The position numbers and the translations under genes were made by a program. From positions 23,066,001-23,130,000 of the forward strand of contig CM052818.1 of assembly GCA_028534125.1 (NCBI GenBank): 64,000 nt of DNA, written 5' to 3'. This document shows, piece by piece, positions 51,571 to 61,487 of this stretch (its first letter is position 1; every line of letters starts with the position of its first letter). The notes beneath the pieces were generated by a model. It ran no database searches. It had not been told where the DNA came from and was given only the letters and a program-made list of their open reading frames with translations. This stretch comes from Lama glama. Its lineage: Eukaryota.

Positions 51571-51974
51571 TAAATTTCAGCCCACATCTGGTTCTGTGTT
51601 AAGTACAATGGTTCCTTCATGGTTTCCTTTCAGTAAGAAGACCACTTGGGGCTCCTTGTGGCCCTGAAATCACACAGGAAGGGCTGACCTCGGTGACTGC
51701 ATCCAGTCCATTCAGAGTCCTTCTTCTTTGGATAGTTTGTTCCTCTATACACTGGGGACGTGGAGTAGGCTGCCTGGCCCTCTCAGGAAAGCCGTCAAGT
51801 TCAGTTAGGCTGTAATCACTCCGATCTGCCTGAGGCCAGTGGGTGTTACAGCAAAGTCTTCCTCACTGTGAAAGGCAGCTGAAGGCTGAAGTGGGGTCAT
51901 TCTCATCTCTAGTCAGAGACCCTAGGAGTTGATTTCCCCACGGCAGGTTACCCGCCAGAAGTTCTACATGTGAC

Positions 51975-52150
51975 CACTGGAGTCAGATCCCTGGGTTCAA
52001 AACTCTCCTTTGCTAGTTAATTAGTCTCTCTGACCTCAGTTTCCTTATCTGTAAAATGGGGAATTAAAAGAACATCCTAAGTAGGATTCCGTGAGATGAG
52101 CTGGCCAAGTGCTACCTTAGCACAGTGACTGAAGAGTAAGCTCCCACACT
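51975..52150 (+). mobile_element. MIR SINE
   Basis: ctggagtcaga..cctgggttcaaa...ctctctgacctcagtttccttatctgtaaaatgggga. Confidence 0.85.
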
Positions 52151-52789
52151 GGAAGAGGGATGTGACTTCATTTTTTAAACAGGGATCTATTTAGTATTTA
52201 GTTAAAGCTTATTTTTACAGCCACGTTTGAAAACTGGTGGTTCAGAACTGTTTCACTCACCATCTTCAAACCTGCCTTGCTCTGGCCACTTTCTCCCCAA
52301 GTTATCATGTCTCTGCGTATCCTGGGGACAATTTTTGTATCTGAGTCTCTTAACCCCAGGTGGTGGGACTTCATTAACCTTTTCCCTGGTGTTGTCTCTT
52401 TGTGTCCCAAAGGCTTCTTCTCAACTGCATCCCGATGCCAAGTCCCAGGCTCAGGAGACTGGCTCAGAACGTCCCACTAAGCTCCTGGGCACCAGCCTGT
52501 TGGGAAAGGCTATATCCCCTCTTTGCATATATGTTCTTCCAGCTTCTTTCACCTTCTTTTAGATTTACTCCGCCTCCAGCCTGCTACCACCGCACCCCAC
52601 CTCCCAACAAAAAGTGCTATCAAAATCTTGGAATCAAACTTTAAATTTAAAAATGTGACTTAGTTTGTTGCCTTTCAACCAAAGGCAGCATCCCTCATCC
52701 ATCTTGAGAGAGGAGTCAGCATTTCCGGAAGACTGGACACAGCGTGGGGTTCCTGGGAGAAGCCTTTTAAAAATACCAGGGGAGGGAGG

Positions 52790-53600
52790 GAGCGGTCTGC
52801 GATTGGGAGTTAGGGAGGTATATCCGGAGTAGAGAGAAAACTCTCAGGTTAGGCAGACGGGGGTCTCGGGAGAGGAAAGGGAAGTCCGCCCCTCCCACCG
52901 CGGGGAGACCAGCCTGCAGCGCAGCGATGGCCGGAAGTGCTGGGCTCAGAGGAGGGAGGGTGGCTGGGTGGATGGGGAGGGGCTGCCTGAGCGCTGATTC
53001 TCCCTGCTGGACTGGGATATTTATAGCACCTGTGTTTCTGGACCTGTCTCCACCTGGATTTATGCGGTCTGTGGCTGGAGCGTGTGTGGGGAAAGAGACG
53101 GGGGGTGGGGCACATCTTGCTTCAAGGGCTGATTCTCAGCCTTGGGACTCTGGCTGGAATGGAAGTTGCAAAATCAAAACAAGGGGCCATCTGGGGGAAC
53201 ACCGAGGCAGAGCGGCTCTTCCGTGCTGCCTCTGCAAAGCAGCCGGCGGTTAGGCCCGGTGAAACACGGGGCTTTCCAACCCCACCTAGTGTTACACTGA
53301 CCGCAGCCGTGGGCGTGGGTGGGGCAGGTGTGGGCGGCAGGGGAAGTGGATCCCACCCTCCCAGTCGCCTAGGGGCTCTGGCTTTCTCCTTCCCGGCCCC
53401 TCCTCCAAAGGGTTAAAGGCGGAAAAAAATGTTCGCTCTCCCAGGGGAATCTGCACTTCGAAAGAGGAGCCCCGAGAGCACGTGGTGGCCCATCTTCTGT
53501 TCAGACCCGCAGGTAAAGTCCACATCTGCGGACCCACCATTCGCCTCCGCACCCTCAACTTCCCCTAACCACTGCGTGTCTGGTTGCCCTCAGACTGCGA
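52790..53600. promoter_or_regulatory. CpG-rich promoter/enhancer-like block with ETS, NF-kB, GC-box and E-box motifs
   Basis: CCGCCCC 52886-52892, CCGGAAGTG 52931-52939, GGGGCTTTCC 53268-53277 (fits GGGRNYYYCC), CACGTG 53479-53484. CpG density is elevated. Confidence 0.55.
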
Positions 53601-53894
53601 TGACATCATTTAAAAAATGAAATAACTGTCCTTTAGGTTCTTCAAGAACCTAGGAGGCAAATAATCCCAAGGAAGGCTGTATGGCCAGTCCTTCAGGCAT
53701 GTTTTAGATACATGCCCTGAGCAGGCCCCGACGGGGTGGCATCCTACCTGTAAAGCCACCCCCACTGCACCACAGCAAATTAGACTGGAGAAGAGGCTCT
53801 GGGCTCGGTGGGAGGCAGATCCAGGAAAGTTAAGGACAGCGGTGGTACCTAGAGAAACGAAAACATCATTGACATTGGTTCAGCCATTCCTTTT

Positions 53895-54045
53895 CTCATT
53901 TAACCTCAGGGCGGCACAAATAAGGTAGCACTGTTGTTAGGGTGCCCATTTCACAGATGGAGAAACTGAGGCTTAGAAAGGCTAAGGGACGTGCCCCAAA
54001 GTGACGTAGCAAGGACCACCTTCAGTTCCAAACTCAGAATCTGGG
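53895..54045 (-). mobile_element. MIR SINE abutting the CpG island
   Basis: cccatttcacagatggagaaactgaggcttagaaaggctaagggacgtgcccca. Confidence 0.85.
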
Positions 54046-54049
54046 GACC

Positions 54050-54730
54050 TGGGAGGAGGGCCGCGGAGGCGGGAGGGCGGGCGCGGCGCGGGAGCGGTTC
54101 TGGCGGCAGCGGCGGCGGCGGGAAGGAGTCGGGTCCCGGGGGCGAAGCACAGGCCTGGGGCTGCCGCGAGGGCCGGTTTGGTCGCCGGGGACGAGGGACA
54201 GCCCGCCGGGAATCCGGAGCAGGACGGCTAGGCCGGGGCAGCTGCCAGACGGGGCTGGTGTGACTGGCCCGCGCCGCCGGCCCCCACCTCCAGGCCGCGC
54301 TGCGGTCGGGCAGCGAGCAGGCCACATACCGCGCGGCGCAGAGGAAATGGCTGGAATTCCTCCCGCGGCGCCTCGCTCGGGCCTCGGGGCGGGCGGGGCG
54401 CTGGCGAGGGCTGCCGGGCTCCGGTTCCCAGCTCCGGGCACCGGCGGGGGACCTCTCCCCTGGGAGCGCCGCCGCCACTGCCTGCCAGCATCTGCGCTCT
54501 CAGAACACGCGAAGGGGCACGGACTCGGCCTCCGCACAGACTCTTCCCGCCCCGCCCGGCCTCCTGCCCCCTTAACCTGTCTCTGGCGCTGGTTGTCTGG
54601 GCCAGCCATCTGCGGAGCGGTCCTGCACCCTTTCTGAATCCCGTGCTGAATCCCCTGCTGCCTCCCGGCTGATCAGGCATGGGGCCTCAGCCTCTAGGGT
54701 GGTTCACAACACGCACAGCACGCGAGGGGC
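54050..54730. promoter_or_regulatory. CpG island (probable promoter)
   Basis: Very high GC and dense CpG over ~680 bp, a GGC run at ~54102-54120, GC-boxes (ggggcgggcggggcg 54386-54400; cccgccccgccc ~54546-54557), YY1-like aaatggc at 54346-54352. Confidence 0.85.
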
Positions 54731-56314
54731 CCAGCAGAACAGGATGCTGAAGCTCCAGGCAGTGAGGCCTCTGAAAGTCCCAGCCTACGCTTTTGGAAAG
54801 CCCTGGCCACGGATACCTCCAAATGTTCTGGGCTATTTAAATGTTTGTTAAATGAATGAGAATTGGACAGGCACAGTACAAACAGAAGCTGAGACTAAAG
54901 GAAGAGCAGGCCAAAAGTAGATCCTGCTAGAAAGTGCTCATGTTTGCTTCCTGCGTTCGCAGAGAAACTGCTACCTAGACCTGTCCTGGCCTCTCTTAAC
55001 CTGCCATCCAAGGCAAGCCCCGCCCAGAGTGCCCCTCACCATTACTTCCCCAAGACCACCTGCACACCTTGATCCTAACCTTAATCCCAAGGCCCCTTCT
55101 CACTCTCTTACCCTGGCTTTAGTTTCTGAGCTTGGTTTAGTTGGTAAGCACCTTTTTCTCTATCCTACCCTCCCCCACCTCCACCTCCAGTCCTTCCCAT
55201 GCTGGTCCTCCTCTATCTCTCTGTCCAGGGCTCAGGAGGGTCTGATTCCACGTGAAGTGGGGCTGTACAGCCATTCCAAATGGGACTGGGGCACAGAGCA
55301 GGTGCCCAGGCGCAAGGCTGGGGGCAGAGATGGTGCTGGTTGTGTCTGCTTGGCCCGGGGGGTGGGGGTGAGTTCAATTCCAGGAGCAGGGCAGGGACAG
55401 GGTTTCTGAAATTGATCCACATCTCTGAGTCCAGGTTATCAGCTCAAATTTCCACCCTCTCTAGGGGATTCTGAGCAACCAGACCTAAAATGGGGGAGGG
55501 GTGGAGGAGAAGGTGGGGGTACTCCCCTGCCAGGTCCTGGGAGGTAATAGGAGATCAGAGGCAGGCCTGTCCTAACGCACTTACCCCTCCTCAGCCAGGC
55601 ATACGTGGTGGTGGAACTGGGGAGGGGCAGGGGATGAGGTGTCATTTCCAAGGCTGCCCCTGGACACTTGCCCATGAGGAGCAGGCCCAGGAGGCCTTGG
55701 CAGACCCTTCGTACAGACACAGGCAGACAGAAACACAGACAGCTCACAGTGACAGTCTTGGTTCTGGGAATTTTGGAAGTCAAAACCCCTACATTTTTCA
55801 CAAGAAAAAGGAACAAATTTTGGCATCTTTGCTCCAGAAACAGGAACTGTCCAAGACAGTGACCTCTGATAATCACTTCCTCATCTCAGTGCTCAGAAGC
55901 TGGTGGGCTCCCTCAGCCCTTCTGTTTTCTCCCCAATGTGCTGTGGGTGGGGGCCCGAGGGTTTTAGGGGAGAAAAGGGAAGGACAGGAGAAAGGCATAG
56001 CAGAGGGGAGGGAGGCAAGGAGGAGAAATAGTCTTAAAGTGTCTCCTTGAGGACTGAGGAGGCCGGAAGCCAGATGAGGATGGGGTTGGGACCAGAGGGC
56101 ACCTCATGGGTGCTCGGTGGAAAGAACACCCACATCGTGTGTTCCTTAGAACTCACGGTTCTGTAGACTTGTGTCTCATATTGCCCCTTCTGCATTTATT
56201 GAGCACCTATTTCATGTCCAACAAGTTGCTAGGTATTGGTTGAATAAGAGAGATTTTTCCCTTGAAGAGTTTAGAGCTGAATAGAAGGAACTGGCATTCA
56301 AAAAAGAAAGCATT

Positions 56315-56610
56315 TTCTATGTAGTAGTTTGTATCTGCTAATCCCAGCCTCCTAATTTACCCCTCCTTCCCCTTTGGTAACCATAAGTTTGATTTGTACG
56401 TCTGAGTCTGTTTCTGTTTTGTAAATAAATTCAAAATATATAAACAACAAGGTCCTACTCTGTGGCACAGGGAACTATATTCAATAATATAGCTTGTAGT
56501 AACCTATAATAAAAAAAGAATATATACATACATGTGTGTATAACTGAATCCTTATGCTGTACACCAGAAACTAACACAGCATTGTAAATCAACTATACCT
56601 TAATTGAAAA
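56315..56610. mobile_element. 5'-inverted (twin-primed) L1 3' fragment with TSD, inside an L2
   Basis: 56315-56433 is antisense L1 3'UTR and 56434-56610 is sense L1 3'UTR with an A tail. TSD aaaaagaaagcatt (56301-56314) / aaaaataaagcatt (56611-56624). Confidence 0.88.
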
Positions 56611-57654
56611 AAAAATAAAGCATTAATGTAATGAAGCCAACGATAAGAAAGAGAGGAGGGAGAGGCCACATCAGGGTGGATGAAGCATGAAAGGCCTTAG
56701 GAAGAGGTCACGTTTGAAGTGGGCCTTGAAAGGCAGATGGGTGTTTGCCTGTGGGAGATGGGGAAGGAGGCCCTTCCAGGGCAGAGGAACTGCGGTCCGC
56801 AAAGGTGCAGGGGAGGGCAAATGCGAGCACCTCCAGGACGCTTAGAGTGTCGGGCAAAAATGGGTACAAAGCAGTAATGGGAGAAACAGCTGGAGCAGGA
56901 AGTGGGTCCACTTTGCAGACGGCCCTGAGTGCCAGACTGAGCTATGTGGGATTCCTCAGAGGGCCACGCGGAGGACTTGACTGGCAATGGCAGGACATAG
57001 GCAGCACCACGTGCTGCTGGCAGCTCGGAGAAAGGAGTGAAGCAATGCGGAGATGGGGAAGCAGCCAGACCTATCCGTGATAACTCAGCCAGACTATTAA
57101 ACTGTTTTATAGTCCCGGCCCCTCTTATGTGCAGCTGACCTGAAATTAATCCCACTAAGTAGATCTTTGTTGGTTCAAGGTTTTTGCTGCAAAACTCTGA
57201 GCCTCGGTTGCCCTGTGGGAGCAGGGTGACTGTTGAAGTTGGTACCTGTGCTCTGGTGTGAAATGACCAGAGCAGTAATGTGTGCTGGCAACCAGAGACC
57301 TTCCCGTTCTGGGCAGGCTAACCAGGGCGCTGCACTGGCATGGGGAGCGTGAGTGGGAGAGATCAGTGGTTTGGGCTCTGAAAAGGGTGAGACCTTGGGG
57401 TAGCCCTGGTGGGAGAGAGAGAGAGAGAGGGCCAGTCTCCTGAGGCAGTCGGGGTGGGAAAGGTTGGGGAGGTGGCTAGAGGGGCACTGGACAGAAATCT
57501 CTGGAGCAGAAGGTCCCTGAACAGACCCAGCTGGACCCTCTTCCAGCTCTGTGCCTCTGTCCCTAATAGAGCACTTCTCACGTGGGGCAGGAAGGAACTT
57601 TTCTCAGCAATAGGCAGAGAGGGTTTATTGGTTTTAATTATTATTCTTATTTTT

Positions 57655-58335
57655 TTAATTTTAAAAATATAATTTGTTTTGAAATAATTTCAAACTTACG
57701 GAAAAGTTACTACAAGAGTATAAACAACTCTCTTAGCTCCTTAAGTCAGAACCTACAATCATTAACATTTACCATTTCCTCCCCTTCCCGTCCTTTACCG
57801 TTATTCCTTTTCTTCCTTCCTTCCTTCCTTTCTTTCTTTTTCCTTTTTTTAATGTTTTTAAAATTGAAGTATAGTCAGTTACAGTGTGTCAATTTCTGGT
57901 GTACAGCATAATGTTTCAGTCATACATATACATGCATATATTCGTTTTCATATTCTTTTTCATTATAGGTTACTACAAGATATTGAATATAGTTCCCTGT
58001 GCTACACAGAAGAACCTTGGTTTTTAAAAAGCTATTTTGTATATAGTAGTTAATATTTGCAAATCTCTAACTCCCATTTATCCCCATTATTCTTTTTCTG
58101 ATCAACCTGAGAGCAAGTTGCAGACATGATTTCATTTTGCCCCTAAATATTTCACTGTGTATTTCCTCAGAAACAAGTACACTGTTCCATAAGCTATGTG
58201 CAACACTCCCCATCAGGAAATTAACACTGATTCCATACTACCCTCCAATCCACAGACCTCATTCAAATTTCGCCCACTGCCTAAGGCCTCCTTTTCCTTT
58301 CTAGGCCAGGATCCCAATCCAGGATCATGCATGTA
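57655..58335 (-). mobile_element. L1MC4/5-type 3' end containing a nested young L1 tail (57812-58083)
   Basis: ttttgaaataatttcaaacttacggaaaagtt; gagagcaagttgcagacatgat; caggaaattaacactgat. Nested aaattgaagtatagtcagttacagtg...ttccctgtgcta. Confidence 0.85.
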
Positions 58336-58450
58336 ATTATTATTTTTTTTAAAATAAATTCTATTTCTCTTCTGACATTGTCAGCTCCTAAAGAGCAGAG
58401 GTGGCATTTCTCACAGGTCCTCATTCTTACTAGGCACTAAATAAAAGCTG

Positions 58451-58890
58451 AAGGAAAGGATCAGGGTCAGATGCCATGTTATAAGGAGGGGAAGTCTTAT
58501 GGGTGATGGCAGTGGCTGAGTGTCCTGTTTTATCACACATCCCGTCTGGATCTCTCTGCAACATCCATGAGTGTGACTGAAATCCCACTTCCTGTGGCGT
58601 CATTACTGGTGGGCCACCTCCTGTGTACTTCTCTCCTTTTCCTGGTTCCCCCCCGCACCTCCCACTTCTCCCAGGGGCCATGTTAACACTTCACCAATTC
58701 ATTCTATACGTATTTATGGAGGATTTCAACTTGCCAGGCTTTGTGCTCGGTATGGGAATACAGTGGTGGATAATGCTAATGATAGAAATAAATAAACAAA
58801 TCCCCAGCCTCTGCAAGGGCCTCAGGATCTCTCTATGGCCTCCTAGGGTCTCCAAGGAAAGGATCAGGGTCAGATGCCACATTATAAGGA
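58451..58890 (+). repeat. Local direct duplication, 37-bp cores at 58451-58487 and 58854-58890 (35/37 identical)
   Basis: aaggaaaggatcagggtcagatgcca-TG-ttataagga versus aaggaaaggatcagggtcagatgcca-CA-ttataagga. Confidence 0.9.
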
Positions 58891-58943
58891 AGGAGATGCT
58901 GCATGGCTGAGAGGCAGAATTGTCCTTGCTGGTTATGATTCTG

Positions 58944-58962
58944 TGGTGCCACCTGCTGGTCA
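58944..58962 (-). promoter_or_regulatory. CTCF binding motif
   Basis: Minus strand reads TGACCAGCAGGTGGCACCA, matching the CTCF core CCASYAGRKGGCRS at all core positions. Binding is not demonstrated. Confidence 0.7.
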
Positions 58963-59204
58963 TATAGAGACACGTGGACACGGTTACGGGTAAATACATG
59001 TACACATAAACTATTAAAACAAGAGATGGAGACAGCTATGTACACACTATGAAAGATACACATGTTCACAAACAGGCACACACATGTGGAAACAGACAAA
59101 ATCACATGTAGAAATTCAGGATCTAGCACAGTACCATAACCTTGCTAGGAGTCTAGTAAGTATTTTTTAGTCTACGAAATAAAATCCAAACTCTTTAGAT
59201 CAAG

Positions 59205-59318
59205 TTTTTTTTAAAGTTTGATGTAATTAATTACTTAATTTAATGGAGGTACTGGGGATTGAGCCCAGAACCTTGTACATGCTAAGCACGTGCTCTACCA
59301 CTGAGCTATACCCTGCCC
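59205..59318 (-). mobile_element. Vic-1-like tRNA-derived SINE
   Basis: ggaggtactggggattgagcccagaaccttgtacatgctaagcacgtgctctaccactgagctataccctgccc. tagatca occurs on both flanks (59196, 59321). Confidence 0.9.
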
Positions 59319-59524
59319 ACTAGATCAGTTTTCTTTCAGGCTTATTTTTCACCAGCCTTTCTAGCCAATTAGCTAAGAATGCTCCATTGTCACTTGCCCC
59401 CTGCCTACATCCCTTCCCCCCATCCTATTAATTCTTTAAAACCAAATTCAAATGCCGTCTTCTCCCTTAGCTCTCCAGCTAAGGTAATGACTTCCTTTTC
59501 TGAACTTTCATAACTTTATTAGTA

Positions 59525-59662
59525 TTTTTGTTTTAGATTTTAGGGGAGAAGTTAACTTAGACTTATTTATTTATTTATTTTTCTAATGGAGGGACTGGGG
59601 ATTGAACCTAGGACCTAGTGTGTGCTAAGTATGTGCTCTACCACTGAGCTATACCCTCCCCC
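59525..59662 (-). mobile_element. Vic-1-like tRNA-derived SINE
   Basis: ggactggggattgaacctaggacc...gtgctctaccactgagctataccctcccc with an (ATTT)n tail. Confidence 0.9.
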
Positions 59663-60329
59663 CTCATGATTTTATGATATTTACCATTTACTAATTTGCA
59701 TTTTAGCTATTTGAGTACATGTGTTTTCTTCCTTTCTAGTCTGTAAGCTTCTCGAGGGTAGGATTTGTGTTTGATTCATGTTGTGTTCCCCCACAGTACC
59801 TGGTAGGTTGGCTTGCACAAAGTTGGGGTTCAGTAAGTATTTGCTGAATGAATGAATAAATGATACAATCACAGACACAGAGAAAAACAAAGAGAAGGCA
59901 CAGGAATGAACATCTAGTTACATACATTTCTCCATCCTTGCAAAAATGATATACATTTACATGGAAGCACAGAAACACGTCTTATGTATGACTAAAGCTG
60001 TCAGTGGACACGTCCCTTAAGTTAAGCCTTTTATTATTCCTGTCTTTATTCTAATCCAGATCTTCTTCCCACTGACTGACTGCAATTGTCTCTTACCTCA
60101 TCTCTGTTTCTAGTTCTTCCCTTTCCACGTTTCTGTTGTCCCTGGCCTGTACCTTCCTTAATTACCTCTTTTATGATACTATTCCTTAGCTCAAGAATTC
60201 CAGAAGTTCTTGCATGATAAACGCTGGAAAAAGCTAAATACTTTCTTATCTAAAGGGAAGGGAATTACAGTTAAAATCAGTGAGAAATAAGTAGAAATGG
60301 TTCCTTTCTGGGAGAGTTTGTCATTGCCT

Positions 60330-60592
60330 GTTAAAAGAGACAGTCTTGCCTGGGGCCACCTGTTCTCCTTTCTTACTGTCCTAAATGTGATTACAAAGGA
60401 GCTGCAGCAGCCATTTTGCAACCATGAGGGGAAGACCAAGGTGTTGCTCCTGACATCACTGAGCAGTTGAACAAATGCTACTGTTTCTAGATTCCTTGTT
60501 TATATGAGAGAAATAAACCCCTGTTTATTTAAGCCACTACAAGTCATGTTTTTTGATTGTTGTTACTTGCATCTGGATATAATCCTAATTCA
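60330..60592 (+). mobile_element. MLT1K/L-type LTR fragment
   Basis: ggagctgcagcagccattttgcaaccatgagg ... gagaaataaacccctgtttatttaagccact ... gttacttgca. Confidence 0.75.
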
Positions 60593-60819
60593 AGGTTCTT
60601 AAATTTTCCCCTTCCTCTAATATCCACAGGATAAAGTCTAATTTCCTTAACCTGTATTTTAAAAACGGCCTGATGGATGAGAAAAAGCAGGCATAGGACA
60701 AACAAGGGAAAGAGCTTTCTAGGCAGAAGGAACAGCATATACAAAGGTCTTGTGGCAGAGCATTCATGGTTCAGCCCCACTTTACTCATCCAGCTTTGAT
60801 TCCTACTATCCCCAATATT

Positions 60820-61487
60820 CTTTTTCATGGCCACACCCTAGCCCACACCTCCATCATCTCTTGCCTAGACAATTTCAATAACTTCCCAATTTATATCCTT
60901 GCTCCCACTACTGACCTTCTCTAATCCAGTCTTCTCACAGCAGCCAGAGGGATCTTTTTCAAAGTAAATCAAATCAAATGTCTCTTCTGTGTTTTAATCC
61001 CTTCAGTGGCTTTTTAAACTTTGACTCAAACCCAAACCCCTCAATAAAACCCAAACTTCTACAAGGATCTGTAGGGTCAAGATAAGTCGCCCCCAATGTA
61101 TATATATATTTTTAATATAAGTTCCTGGAATAGATGGGACAGTATAGTCAGGGTTGAAAACCTCTGATTTAAATCTTGCCTATTTTCCATCCTTACATAA
61201 CACCATCATGACTATGGCTCATGTTGGTTTTCTTTCAGTTCTTCAATGTTTCCTGTTCAGAGAGGCTTCCTCTAACCACTTAATCTAAAATTGTCCCCAT
61301 TGTCATTCTCTTATTTCCTTATTTCTTTCTTAATACTTGTTGCCATAAAAATTATATATTGGTTTGTCTTTTAAAATCTTTGTCTCCCCCACTAGACTGT
61401 AGACTGCAGAAGGGCACTTTATGTCCTTTTGGGGATAATTCACTTCTTATATTCAAGACTAGCATAGTGCCTGGTACATAACAGGCA
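60820..61487 (+). mobile_element. L2 3' region
   Basis: ccatcatctcttgcctagac...cacagcagccagagggatctttt...tgtctcccccactagactgtaga...tagcatagtgcctggtacata. Confidence 0.8.

Noticed and set aside
53951..54680. Long ORFs (125-191 aa) in several frames over the CpG island
   Set aside because: Low-complexity Pro/Arg/Gly/Ala peptides are open in many frames on both strands, as expected from extreme GC content. No recognisable domain.
58772..58790. taatgctaatgatag, resembling miR-155
   Set aside because: Partial match only, inside an L2 fragment, with no precursor hairpin.
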